A DNA stretch of 62,968 bases, filler included, from Choristocarpus tenellus KU-1152 (GCA_964200185.2; 12 parts of 12 records of this genome joined end to end with filler, not necessarily neighbours in it); one strand, 5' to 3'; shown: positions 38,979 through 51,723, counted from the first letter of the whole stretch. Translations and numbers: made by a program. Notes: generated by a model not told the origin, from the sequence alone.

Positions 38979-40075
38979 GTTGGTAACTGTTTTCTGAACA
39001 GTTTTTGATTAGATCAAAGCTTAACAATGGTGGACTGGTCAAACCAAGAACAGCTCACTCAAATGTGTCTGAATTTGTTTTGAAAATTGTCTCTTGTCAC
39101 ACCGAATCTTGAATCTTGAATCTTGAGTATAAGGGCCTTCCAACGATTTTTGATGGATGCGTACATTGTCACTTCTACTTGAGGGTATACCTTTCCAAGG
39201 GAGGCTGTTTGCTGTTATTTTGTGTTGCTTAACCCTAACCCTAATCTAAACAATAAACCTAATGCTGCAGGAGTGCTTTTTTTGTTTTCTTGACCCCTTA
39301 GCCCTAAGAATCGATATGGTTTGGACTGAAGATGTGCTTGTATTGATTGATACTGTAAGTTACGCTGAGACAGTATTGAAACCGTCTTCAACCACTCGTA
39401 GTACTCGGGGTGAGCTGGGCAGGTGATGCTCCTTGCCTTCCCCCTTGTCTGCATCTCTTGGAGATGGAGGCATTGGCCTTGCTGTTGTAGAGGGTGCAGT
39501 CCTGCTAAAAATCATGTACTTAGAACTACAGAGTACTTCAATACAAGGCAGATTGCAGAGCTGGGTTTGGTAGAGAATGAGCAAGGCGAGAGGTTGCCAA
39601 GCTCTAGCCCTATTTGTTGAGCAAGTCATGTCTGTGTATTTTTTTCTAACCCTAACCCTAACCCTAAGCCGAGCAAAATGCACATATGAGCAAAAAGACA
39701 CAATGGTCCTCTTCTTTGTGAGAACCTGAGGCTCTTAGAATTGATTCTAGCCCATCAAAAAGCCCTACCTTTTGTTCCAAATGGTGAATTGGTTTAGCCT
39801 ATATTTGTTCCTTGCATGTGTGGAGTGTATCCATGTTATATCTCTCTGTGAAATATTTACTTGAATGATCATTTGGTGATATTTGTAAGAACCAAGACCT
39901 GTTTTTTTTTGTTCTAATGTTTGAATGTCTTGAGACCTTGTTGTCATGTTCTTAATTATTATTATTGTTTATGTTGTTTCTCCACTTCCAATAAGCACAC
40001 CAATAAGAAGCATCCCCCATCCATTCCATAATGTATGCCTGTCAAGGTGCAAGACCCTCCTCTTACTAGATTATT

Positions 40076-40118
40076 GGATCAAAGTATCTGGGGGGGGGGG
40101 GGGGGGGGGGGGGGGGGT
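40076..40118. mobile_element. MITE family B terminus at a contig end
   Basis: ggatcaaagtatctg followed by poly-G. Confidence 0.6.
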
Positions 40119-40251
40119 GTTTTCCACTTTTTTTTTGTTTTTTACTTCTTTNNNNNNNNNNNNNNNNNNNNNNNNNNNNNNNNNNNNNNNNNNNNTTAAT
40201 TAATTAANNNNNNNNNNNNNNNNNNNNNNNNNNNNNNNNNNNNNNNNNNNN

Positions 40252-40773
40252 AAGGGGGTGTCGGCAGTCAAGGGGGATGGTGTGGATGTGCCTAGTGCGA
40301 GGTCAGGAGAGGAGGAAGACGGACGTGCAGCAGTGAGGGGCGCAGGGGGACTCTTGGCGCAGATTCGGGAACGGTCAGCTACTGGGGAAAAGGGAGGGGT
40401 CAACACGAGTGGGCTCTTGGCCCAGATTCGCGCGAGTGCAACTGCAGGGGAAAGGAGGGGAAGGGGGGTAGTCAACGCAGGTGACCTCTTTGCTCAGATT
40501 CGTGCTAGGGGAACTGCAGGGGAAAACGGAGGAGTCAATGGAGGAAAGGTGGAAGGGAAAGAGGTTGAGGGGGGAAGCAATAGAGACGAGGTAGGCAGCA
40601 CCACTGTGAGCGCTTCTGAAGATCAATTCTCTGCCAGGGGGATAAATTTTCCGCTTCCACCTCCAAGGCGATTGTTTCATGCCCCAGCAGGCCTTCCTGC
40701 TGGTGCTGGCACTTCCTCCAAGGTCAATCTCCTGACTGAGATCAGGCAGAGGGCAGCAAAACGACCCAGTTGA
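40252..40773 (+). CDS. C-terminal exon of a protein with tandem WH2-like helices and a short Pro-rich stretch (candidate actin regulator)
   Basis: Frame open from the contig start to TGA at 40773: GGLLAQIRER, SGLLAQIRAS, GDLFAQIRAR, PLPPPR, VNLLTEIRQR. Confidence 0.65.
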   Translation, partial: KGVSAVKGDGVDVPSARSGEEEDGRAAVRGAGGLLAQIRERSATGEKGGVNTSGLLAQIRASATAGERRGRGVVNAGDLFAQIRARGTAGENGGVNGGKVEGKEVEGGSNRDEVGSTTVSASEDQFSARGINFPLPPPRRLFHAPAGLPAGAGTSSKVNLLTEIRQRAAKRPS

Positions 40774-41729
40774 CAGAATTTGGACGCATTTACTGTAGTA
40801 GTGGTTGCCAAGGGTGGGTTTATCTGTGTTATTATCTGTGAGATAGATTGAGAGGGGAAGAGTTATGATCACATATTTTGATGTACATGAGTGGAATTTT
40901 GGTTTCTGATATAGATGCGCAACCCTTGTGGAGGGAAATTGGAGGAGATCGAAGATTGGATTTTCAGGAGCATCTGCTTGCTTCCACTGGTTGCATCTCA
41001 CCAACTGCTTGCTTTCTTCTTGTTAGGTGTAGTATCATTTTTGTTTGCTTTGGTTGAGGGAGGTCATGATAGATAATGAGATGCCGTGTGTAGCACATTT
41101 CAAATTCAGTTGCACCAACACATCCCACCATTTATTGTGCAATGGGTTTGGTTCCCAGAAAGGCGAAAGCGTTCTTTATTGTGAGCAGTTTTCTATTCCC
41201 CTTCAGATATATCTAGATGATTCTACAAGAACATTTGAGTTTCTCATGTGTGTGTGATCGTTGTGCAATAGCACAGATGAAGGACACTGAGCATGTCGAT
41301 ACGATAATTAATTTTAAACATGTAAGTATCTAGCTTACACCATGCTGGATATCTTTATCTTAGATTTCTCAGAGCTATTTCACTCATTGTTTTGACTCTT
41401 TTATTTGTCCATTTGCATCTCACCTGAGAGGTAGCTTTAATTTTCAGGGACGTTCTATGACACCTTCAATCGATATCATCTCTCCCTGAAACATCTGATA
41501 CTTGTTGTAAGTCCTGACAGTAGAACTGGATGTACATATCACACAACAAGATGGATAAGGCAGATAGATGTCAACAAGGTGCTTTTTGAGACTCTTGGAA
41601 GGATTTCTGTTTGTATATGATTCGCTCAACTGTACACTGTGAAAGTGGGGACACCATACATGCATTGCACCCAATAAGTACATATTTAATAATGATAGAC
41701 CACTAAAATTACAACCTTAGATAGTAAGT

Positions 41730-41988
41730 GAGCCAAATTATCTTAGAGGGTAGAGTCGCGTCCATTTGGGGGTTAAAATCCAATGTTCCGATTTTGATGT
41801 AATTGTGACTATCGTGTTAGTTAGGAGATGTCAATATCCATGTTCCGGACACACCTTTTTATAACCTATACATTTTACCTACTTCTAAACATTTTGGAGT
41901 AGGTAAATATCATAAAAAGAAACATGGGAAGTCAAGTTCCAAATGGACAAACAGCGAAAAACTCGTACCCTCTAATATACTTTTACTC
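41730..41988 (-). mobile_element. MITE family A copy
   Basis: GAGCCAAATTATCTTAGAGGGTAG ... TACCCTCTAATATACTTTTACTC. Confidence 0.85.
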
Positions 41989-42119
41989 ACAAGCATATCT
42001 TGCATCAGGGCAAACGTTGGAAGAAGGGTTTCCTCCAGGTTTCCTCCTCAATTGGGATCCCCAATGTTGCCTACCGATATGTTTGGATCTGGAAATGTTA
42101 GAAATTATTTTCCTGCTAC

Positions 42120-42300
42120 GGCTCAAAGTATCTGGGGTGTGTGGGGGCGACTGTCCATATGGGTTCAATTTTTTTATGTCGCCATTTTTGGGTGATTTGG
42201 TTCCATTCGTCGGATGGATAATATAAGAAATTTTTTCCTGATTATGGCACAAATGGACGCCCTGGTGTAGAACCCCCCTCCCCTCCATATACTTTGGGTG
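42120..42300 (-). mobile_element. MITE family B copy with 3-bp TSD (TAC)
   Basis: GGCTCAAAGTATCTGGGG ... CCATATACTTTGGGTG, with TAC on both flanks. Confidence 0.85.
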
Positions 42301-42949
42301 TACGTTCATGATAGGATTAGGAGAGTCATTTGTTTTCCTGGCCCAATCACCTGCTCTTTGTATTGAAGCAGTTATGCTTCTTACTGGGAGACATTTCATA
42401 GTCAGAGGGTCTTAACAGCAGTTTCATAAACACCATTATGAGCTTGAAGTCCTAGATCCTATACATTGTGCTTTTTGTCTGTTATTCATTGTTTAGTCAT
42501 GGTGAGACTGTTCTTTGGGCATGTTTGTCCTCTTTGCGCACCAATCAAATAATAACGTGAAAAATCAAGGTGAGAGATCCAGCATATTTGAAGATAATTT
42601 CGATATGGTGCCATTTACTAGACTCATCATCCGCCTACAGGCTTGAGGACTCGAGCTCCATATCCCATCAAAGTTAGATGCCAGGAGCTTTTGTAGCATT
42701 GGTACCCTCGACATGTTCTCAGTCTGTCCCATATTACGTCCAATGTATGCGTTGAAATAGTGTTACTTTCGCTGTCGTGCCTGCTGTATTCTGGTTTCCG
42801 TCTACAGCCCTTCCACCACTAACTTCTGTTGCTCCCCCTTCATACTCCCTAAATGTAGAGTGAATAATGTGTCTCTAGTCCACATGGTTTACTAACTTGC
42901 GGGGTACTATGGTGGCGTACTCTATTGTCCTCACTCTCCATGTGCCCTC

Positions 42950-43169
42950 GAGCAAAGCTAACAAGAGGTACCCAGATTTTGGCCATTTTGCACATTAAGA
43001 CAGATTTTTCATCTTTAGGAATTCACACATATTTCTATGGTTGAAACTCTAAGATTGACTTGAGACCGTTGATTTCTCGATTGTTTGAATATTCTACAGA
43101 ATTAAGAAATGTTTCCATAGGCATTTGTATGAAAATGCAAGCATAGGTACCTCTTGTTTACATTGGCTC
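42950..43169 (+). mobile_element. MITE family C copy with 3-bp TSD (CTC)
   Basis: GAGCAAAGCTAACAAGAGGTACC ... GGTACCTCTTGTTTACATTGGCTC, with CTC on both flanks. Confidence 0.8.
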
Positions 43170-43356
43170 CTCGTCTCTGTGCACCATTTAGTGACAGAAT
43201 TAAGAAATCTTCCCAGATGCGTTTGTATGAAAGCAGAATTTTGTCCAAAACTATCAGTATCCTAACAATGCAAAGCCAGATACCTCTCGTTTACATGGTC
43301 TCCTCGTCTCTATAAACCATTTAATTTACTGTCTGGTTGTCGCAAGCTTGCATTTA

Positions 43357-43377
43357 GACCCAAGGTATCTGGGGGGG
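43357..43377 (+). mobile_element. MITE family B terminus at a contig end
   Basis: gacccaaggtatctggggggg. Confidence 0.7.
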
Positions 43378-43477
43378 NNNNNNNNNNNNNNNNNNNNNNN
43401 NNNNNNNNNNNNNNNNNNNNNTTAATTAATTAANNNNNNNNNNNNNNNNNNNNNNNNNNNNNNNNNNNNNNNNNNNN

Positions 43478-43524
43478 TTGACCCCCAAATGGACGCGGCT
43501 CTACCCTCTAAGATACTTTGGCTC
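43478..43524 (+). mobile_element. MITE family A right end at a contig start
   Basis: cccccaaatggacgcggctctaccctctaagatactttggctc. Confidence 0.85.
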
Positions 43525-43690
43525 ACATAAGAACCATCTTTTACATAAAAACTATCTTACATAAAAAACCATCTTACACAACAACTATCTTACATAAAAA
43601 CCATCTTTTACATAAAAACTATCTTACATAAAAACCATCTTACACAACAACTATCTTACATTAAAACCATATTTTACATAAAAACTATCT
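43525..43690. repeat. Minisatellite, ~16-bp unit (ACATAAAAAC[C/T]ATCTT)
   Basis: About ten degenerate units. Confidence 0.85.
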
Positions 43691-45862
43691 CCTAGGAGGT
43701 GCAGTACATTATAGAATGCTACCCTTCCAACAAAAAATGCCCCACTCACACATACTCACTACACCATGTGAGTTAATTACAGCTGACCTGTATCCTACAA
43801 TTACCAGAGAAGGACTCTTGGCATGGGAGGTGGTGGAAACAGGCATGTGTGTGTGTGTGTGGCACAGTTCCAGGGATAGGCATTTGCAGGCCAGGGGGAC
43901 CGTGCAACCAGCTAAGCTTCGTATGCACCAGTTTCTTGCAATGGTCATTCTAATGGCATTAGGGTTTGTAACACCAACAATGCAGAGTTCCAAGGAGGAA
44001 TCCCATCCTAGGAACTGTCTCTGGAACAGAATCCATCCTTAGAGCCATTGACAATACTGGTGGCTCAACCCCCCACAGGCTACCTTGCTTGAAACTGCCA
44101 TGTCACTGGTCACAGAACTTCTCAACCTACAGCCAACAATCCCAGGACCCCCCATGTCCATGGTACCCCAATTCCCCTGGCCCAGCAACAACCTTCTCTG
44201 AAACCACCTCATAGCTTGAACCATGGCCCCCTGGCCCACAAGAAACTATCCCTGACACCATAACGTCACTGGTCCCACAACCCCTCAGACTAAAGACAAT
44301 GCCCTCCCCCAAATCTGCCAAGCTATTCATCCCACAATCCCCAGGCCTGCACGGGAGAGGAAGAGAGGGCTCATCTCCAGCAGATCAAACGCCTCTGATC
44401 ACTACAATGAAAAATTTCCTAAAAAGTGGCATCATATAAAAAAGAAAAAAAGAAAAAAAGAAAAATCCACCTCATGGGGATCATTCAAGCATCTTTGAGC
44501 TGTACAGATCATACTACTAGAGGTAAATCTACAAGTTGTTTTATGTACATATATTTTATTTTATTTTATTTTGATTTCTGCCGTACTAGTTGTACATAGA
44601 GGCCACCGTGACAAACACGGGATCCTCGATGCCCTAGAAACTTTCCCCCTCTTCACCTTAATCCATTTATTACTACACCACTACAACCAAACTTGCGCCT
44701 CTCGGAATGGAAGTGAGATACTTGCAGGATCTGGGATAGGAATATACTCATATTCTCAAATGCAACACACCATTTCTCCTATTCAGCAGGCACTGGAGAG
44801 AGGCATCTGAAGATCCAATGGAGTACAATCAAAAGTCTAGAGTATGATGATCAAATTTCAAAGTAGTGGAAAACAAAGCCACACCGATGTGGATTTTACT
44901 GAACTTCAATATGTGTGTGTGTGTGTGTGTTAGTCACAATCCACAGTTGATGGACCCTGTCCTAAGTGCTCGGAACTACATTCTGTTTATCACATCCTTG
45001 GGAAAACGAACACCGGCATGCCTCAAGAAAAGATCTTCCCCAACGACAAAAGACCACAGAGATTGATGAACGCCTTCCTCTCTCCTAATTTTAACGGTCC
45101 TCTGAAGCAATAGCTGTTCACCAATATATGCAAACTAAGACAATCTCAATTTGTCCAAAGTAAAACTGTGCCACACCTTGTACAGGGCTTATGTCATGTA
45201 GTGAATTTGAGGATACATAATAATTACGCATTGGAGTTCTACTATTAACACACAATCTGGTCTGCAGAATGTTCCAGCAAACAGAAAAAAGTGCAAGTTA
45301 ACCTAACAAACATGTGTCTTGCAATTTTGTCAAACTTGGCAAACTGTACTGTGGCAAGAAGGTAGCGAAGCAGAAAAATATCAGGTCATGACCATAATGA
45401 ATTAACCACAGGATTGCACAATACTACATAGATGACAATTCAACCCTTCACCCATGCAAACACCATGCCAGAAAGGAAAACTGCAAAACCACAAAGAAAC
45501 AATCAGCATGCACACAAACGTAATCCACCATCAATTTCTCACACACCACATAAACGGCCCTGAACTTACAGAAATACTACACAACGTGTTCTTCCATCCT
45601 AAGCCGCAGACTGCCCTAGGGGAAGTAAGCTCCCTAAATCATATGCCATAATATCACACTGTCACACAAGAAATTTTGTACATACTCCAATGGAAGATAC
45701 CATGTCCTTGGTTGATCAACACACACTTTGCTATATTCCGTACCCTGCTGCCACCACACACAATTTTGTTCCATACATCACTGACCCTGCGGCAAGGTCC
45801 TGGCACTTTGATTACAAATTGAAACATTTTCAAAATATATTTCAATTTACTGCTTTGATCAC

Positions 45863-46623
45863 CTTCCGCATGGAGTGTCTGAAGGCAGTCCTGGACCGGG
45901 AAAGAGCGCATGCCATTGTCCCCCATCGCTTTCACCGTCATCCGAAAGGCCCAAAAGATCCAGTTTGAATTGCCCTAGCTCCTTACCCTTCCCGATTGTC
46001 TCTTTTCCCCTTACAGTTACAAGGAGACTTGGCAACGATGCACGTTTGTTCAGATCGTAGGAATGCCCCAGTGTAAGGTCCTCGCCCCACTCGCATGTTG
46101 GTCCCATTTTCGTCGACTGTAGAGTCAAAACAGAGAAAGGACCGGGTGATATTTTTCGCATGGACGAAATCGCTAGTAAGCCTTCTTTTCGTGGGTTGGA
46201 GTTGAATTGATGGAATGTTGGGAGTTGTGGATTTGGTAAGTGTCACCTGCGACTATCCTAGTGTTTTGGGGAGGGGTGTTTGCCGTACACGGAGAATAGA
46301 GATCGACGCATCGACTATTCCAGTAGCGGCCACTCGACGGGTATGCCAACTCTCTCGGAATCTTCTCCTTGCCATTCGACCCCCTCAACATAGAACAAAC
46401 TTGGCCAATCTCTCATCGAAATACACATATGTGCTTGACGGCAAAGGAAACCATACCTACACCAGGTTCTATTACACACACTGCACTGTCGCACCTTGGT
46501 AGTAGACAGCTCCTTCTTTACAGGTTTCCCTGTAATGTCAAGGAGCTGTACCTCGACGTATGGGTCCTTCTGTCCCATCAACCCTGCCCCTTCGTGCACC
46601 GTGACATGCAGTAAGCGAGACAT
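45863..46623 (-). CDS. C2-domain-containing protein, first two exons
   Basis: Exon 46623-46495 MSRLLHVTVHEGAGLMGQKDPYVEVQLLD...STTK (GT donor) joins in phase 0 to exon 46116-45863 STKMGPTCEWGEDLTL...LLVTVRGKETIGKGKELGQFKLDL...QWHALF...CGR, a typical C2 strand pattern. Later exons are unresolved. Confidence 0.8.
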
Positions 46624-47616
46624 TAACCAGCAGTAATCACTGCAAACTAATAGCTCAGTTCCAGCACCCCTGAAAAATCCTTTATACCCACCTCCACCTC
46701 CACCTAATGGACGATGAAAAGTGAGAAGTGATCCAAATGAGAATACAACAACGACCAGAAAGTGGGTAAAATGCAGGTTCGTTCTTTTATGCTACATTGT
46801 CGATTTCTACCATTCCCAAGACAACCTCCAGCGCACAAGTCTCACCTTCACGCCTCTACTGCAATAGCGTAGGTTTTGCTCTGCGTGAAGATAGTCGATT
46901 CGTTCTAACTTTTTCGGATTCAACTGTGTTTGAGGATGTGGGACAACATGTTGACCTTCTACAAAACATGTTATCCCAATCCCTCATCTCAACCGCGTGT
47001 CAAATTTATTATACTTAAACTCAAACCGCTTTCAAGGTCAAATAAATATTTTAAAATATATTGTACTCAATTAAGAATTGTGTATACACATTTATTTCAT
47101 TAAATACATCGATCATCGAGGTATGGTGGAAGGTGGTTGGATGTGTCCCTGCAATGGGAGTAGGTAGTACTGCTGGCAAAGGAAATCAACCTCCTGTACT
47201 TGCATACTAAAGAATACCATACTCGAATATTTCTCCAAACAACAGCATGTTTGAGCCGGGGGGTTGGGTTGGGTTAGAATATGGCTTGGTAGTTACGAGT
47301 AGTTATGATTGCAACAAAAAGACGAACTGTTGATGCAGCACTATCTGGTCAAAGATTAATGTCTTATCCACTTTTGGCTGCCCTCTCTTGAACCCCCCTG
47401 GTGCAAAAAGTGGTTGAACAGAAGGGGTGAATGTTCATGAGCCAAAGTATGAGAGGTTGGGCAACCTTGGTTGCATTTGAAAAGGATCCCAAGGAATTGC
47501 AAAAGACTCAATTTTGTGCGATTGCAGAAAGAGCCTTCTTTGCTGAAATGTGGTGTCACTTTGAGTGTGGAAAGAAAGGAGAATATTAATTTTGCGTACA
47601 CTATTGTGGGAATGAA

Positions 47617-47881
47617 GTGTGGAAGTATCTTAGAGGGTACGTGTTTTTCCCTGTTTGTCCAATTTGGGGCTTGACTTCTCACTGGTTTTTAATGACATTT
47701 TACCTTCTTCTCCAAAAACATTTCAGAGTAGGTAAAATGTATACGTTATAAGAAGGAGTGTTCGGAACAAGGATATTGATATCTCCTAACAAAAATGATC
47801 GCCAAATTTATATCAAAATTGCCAACATTAGATTTTGGTCCACAAATGGACGCAGCTTTACCCTCTGAGATACTCTGACTC
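47617..47881 (+). mobile_element. MITE family A copy
   Basis: GTGTGGAAGTATCTTAGAGGGTAC ... TACCCTCTGAGATACTCTGACTC; flanks GAA/AAA. Confidence 0.85.
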
Positions 47882-48562
47882 AAAAGCAATGAAATTGAGT
47901 GTACTTCACAGGGTGAGAAAGATGGCTTAGAATGCAAAAGAGTCCGAACCTCACTATCTCTCCATTACTCTGTTTCTCATGGCGTGGCTGAGGGGAGGCA
48001 AGGCCATGATGAGGTGCCTGTGCTTGGAGAAAAAATGGTCATCAAAGATGGCATTAATGTCACGTTTTAACAGTCGATTTCGACTGTGTTTCCAATGAAT
48101 CGCATGTGTGTGTGTGTGTAGATTATACAGGGTGGGGATTGGAATGCTGCGCAAATGGTCACTAGCGATATTCATATGTGTGTAATATGGTGCAAAGAAT
48201 GCAGCAATCCAGAAGACATCTCAGTGTGATGTGGTCTACCTCACCATTGCCTACCTATGTCCACCTTTAGAACTCTAGAGGCACTGCTTTTGGAAGAACA
48301 TTGATGGACAAACATGAGAAATTGCCCTGGCTGGGTTGCCACTAGCCCACCACGGACGAAAGCCATACAGTTACGAAGAGGATCGGAATAGCATGCACTA
48401 GGAGCGTTGTGTTAGATTCTCCATTCACTCATATTCAGATATGGTAATTGATGGAGCACTTTTAGCTGTTATCTCCCTTGAGTATGAATCTCAAAGGATG
48501 GGTTTGGCACAATTAGATTATTAGGAAATTTTTGGATTCTGGGAACTGTATTGGAAGAAATA

Positions 48563-48633
48563 GACTCAAAGTTATCTGGGGGGAGGGGGTGGTTTTTGGG
48601 GGGGCATCCGTTTCGGTCAAACAACTCTCTTTT
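48563..48633 (-). mobile_element. MITE family B fragment at a contig end
   Basis: gactcaaagttatctgggggg...atccgtttcggtcaa. Confidence 0.7.
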
Positions 48634-48733
48634 NNNNNNNNNNNNNNNNNNNNNNNNNNNNNNNNNNNNNNNNNNNNTTAATTAATTAANNNNNNNNNNN
48701 NNNNNNNNNNNNNNNNNNNNNNNNNNNNNNNNN

Positions 48734-48808
48734 TGTAAATGCACCTTTCCTTGTTTGGGCCCAGATGTATACTCTGGTGTAGACCCCCCCCCGCAGATAC
48801 TTTGGGTC
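48734..48808 (-). mobile_element. MITE family B fragment at a contig start
   Basis: ...ctggtgtagacccccccccgcagatactttgggtc. Confidence 0.75.
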
Positions 48809-48809
48809 A

Positions 48810-51430
48810 CCTATCAGGGTGGGTGACATAGACTTCATTAAAGGGGAAGATGTCGGTGAAGATGAAGTCATCAAGGCCAAGAAGGTATATGGCGTCCTGC
48901 TGAGAAGTACTAGTGGGTTTTACAGGCGCAGAGCCAAAGTATCTTAGAGGGTAGAGCCGTGTACATTTGAGGGCCAAAATCCAATGTTGCGGTTTGGGTG
49001 TATTTTTGGCTATCGTGTTTGTTAGGAAGTGTCAATAACCATGTTCCGCACACATTTTCTTACAACTTCAACATTTTACCTACTCCTCAACATTTAGGAG
49101 TAGCAAAACGTGATAAATAAACCCTTGGGAAGTCAAGCCCCAAATGGACAAACAGGGCAAAATTCATACCCTCTAAGATACTTTCACTCTGCATTGCACG
49201 CAATGCAGCATTACCACGGGAGGCTTGGAGGCCACTGAAGGAGCGTTTTTTCATTCACTCAGACGAGGAAATAGCGTGGCTCCAGAAAAAGGTAATGAAC
49301 GTCAAAATGCAACGGGGGTCTGACCCCCAAGTCATCTTCTCTATGAGTTTAGATTGGGTTGGGCAGATGGCAATGATGGGGCATGTAATGTCCGAACAAG
49401 TTCTGCAAATTGCTGTGCTGGACGTTCGGGATAATGACTACCAAATCACCAAGCATTATCTTCAACACCATAATAAGGGTGAGCGTTCGAGGGCGTCGAT
49501 TCCTAATGCCACTCGTTCATGAATCTCCTAGCTCCAGCGAGAAGTAGCTGATCGCAGGGAGCCTGGGAGCACTCTTGCTGTCGGGACTATAGGCTCAACG
49601 AGGAGCTTCCAGAAGGTCAGCCGAGGAGGCGGCCAAGGTACGACTTGTCATGGTATAGACCCTGGTTCGACAGGATCCCATGCCAGGGGCCAGACCAAAG
49701 CACTTGAAATATGTTACAGATGTGGATTGGTCAAACACACCGGTTCTTGCGCATATAGAGTACTCTGCTACAACTGCGGAAGCAGAGCCTACCAGCAGAC
49801 TATTTGCCCAGAGAGGAAGGTGATACCACCAAAATCGGTGAGAAGTTTGTGTCGCCAAAGGGTGACCCCACTAAAGTCGGCGGAAGAACTAGCTAGATCA
49901 GAGGAAACGGCTAGGAGAGGAAGGAATTTTAAGACCATGTTAGCTGCTGTGACTGACTATGGCAAGGTGAGCCGATGTGATTAAGAAATATGATGTTTTG
50001 ATTCGGGGGCATCCAATAGTGTGACGAAAGACTCAATGTACATGTATGACTTCATCACATGTCCACAAGGCTGCAATATGACCTTGGCTAACAGTACATC
50101 ACTATCCACTATAGGATATGGTAAATTTCCATGTAGACCTTGATGAGTGGGTCCGTGTTACTTTGGTGTTTGTTGCATTAGTCCCAGATCTTGCTTTTAA
50201 TATACTCTCTTCACACTCGGCTGGTATGGCAAAAGATGTGACTATCAAGGGAACTGGTGAGGCTTACTACATATCTGATGGGGAGGGTATTCCACTTGTT
50301 TTTAAGTGGGATGGATCCGGTGTACACAGCTGACGCCGAAAGGTTACCACCCCCAGAAGATGCCTCCCTTGTCACAAATGTCTTGTCTGCCCTCATGCAC
50401 ATAAACATTTTTCATCGGATTTGGAACCATGCTAGTGAGCTCATCCTCCGCTGCACAGCAAAAGAACAAGGAATCAAGCTGTCCGAAAATCTAGCGTCAA
50501 CAAAATGTGTGGGGTGTGCCAAGGGTAATTAAATCGGTGAACCCATCCCGAAATCTACCACTGTATGAGCTTAAGGACCTTTCACCCGCATTTTCATCGA
50601 CCCGACTGGACCCAAGAAAGTCAAATCTCTCGGTGGAGTCCAGTGCGCCTTGGCAATTGTCAATGATGCCACACGTTTTTTCTGGATTCAACTACTCCAG
50701 AATAAAAATAATGCAACCAAAGCCCTTGGAAGATTGTTCAAGGCCAAAGTAAATCCCAGTTGGCGGTGCATTCGCTATATTCGACATGATCCTGGGGGTG
50801 AGTGGCAGAGTGAAGAGTTTTAGACTTTGGAGGTAGAAATGGTTATAGTGCAGGAAATGACCAGGACAAGAGGATCACGGTACAATGGCATGACTGCACG
50901 TTGCATCATTCGCTCAAGTTGACAGTGGTGCCCAGGCCAGCATATTTACTCTGCTGGATTGGGTGATAAAGTGTGGTCGTGAGGAGAGCCATATAATCAT
51001 TCAGCATTCATCTTCTCAACAGAAGCTCTACCACTGCCAATAAGGGGACCTCAGCTTATCGCGCACTTTATGGGGAAGTTGAATCGCTGATGAGTGTCCC
51101 CGCGTTCGGAACCCCTAGATTCTACAAGTCCAACCCAGGACACAACCTTGGGAGCCGTGGACAACAGTGGATCATGCTCGGCATATCAGAAAACCAACCC
51201 CGTGGCACCTTTCGAATCCTGGACTTAAGCACTAATCGTGTACTCCAATGAACTAACGTCCATTGGCATCCCACCAAGGATGGCAAGGTACGATTTCCAA
51301 TTTCTGATTTGAACGGGATGACGAAGATTTGGATGACACCCCAGGTACATCCTTCCTCGACAAGCATGCAGAAGGAGTAGTGAAATCCAGGAGGTGGGGG
51401 GTGAATGTGATGATAATGATAAGGAATCCC
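48810..51430 (+). mobile_element. Ty1/copia LTR retrotransposon remnant (gag, protease, integrase), decayed
   Basis: Gag EAWRPLKERF...KMQRGSDP; knuckles CYRCG..H and CYNCG.....CP; protease FDSGASN; pre-integrase HRIWNHASE...CVGCAKG; integrase IRHDPGGEW and YNGM. Many stops and frameshifts; interrupted by MITE A. Confidence 0.85.
48931..49189 (-). mobile_element. MITE family A copy inserted in copia gag
   Basis: GAGCCAAAGTATCTTAGAGGGTAG ... TACCCTCTAAGATACTTTCACTC. Confidence 0.9.
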
Positions 51431-51530
51431 NNNNNNNNNNNNNNNNNNNNNNNNNNNNNNNNNNNNNNNNNNNNTTAATTAATTAANNNNNNNNNNNNNN
51501 NNNNNNNNNNNNNNNNNNNNNNNNNNNNNN

Positions 51531-51593
51531 AAGTGAAAATCGAAAAAAGGGTGAAAAACGGACGCCGACACCCCCCCCCAGATACTTTGACCC
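51531..51593 (+). mobile_element. MITE family B right end at a contig start
   Basis: aaacggacgccgacaccccccccccagatactttgaccc. Confidence 0.7.
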
Positions 51594-51723
51594 TGTAGGA
51601 AGTTTTGGTGTTGGAGGTGTGACTGGCATAGTTATAGATCAATAAATCAGGTCGCTTCTTGTTTCAGCGACGTTATTCTACCGGCAGACATACCTACCGT
51701 ATGCACAAGCATGAACACATTGT

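Noticed and set aside
48563-48808. Two MITE B halves on either side of a linker being one element, implying truly adjacent contigs
   Set aside because: Orientation is compatible, but the outer flanks (ATA vs ACC) are not a duplication, and B ends are common at contig ends.
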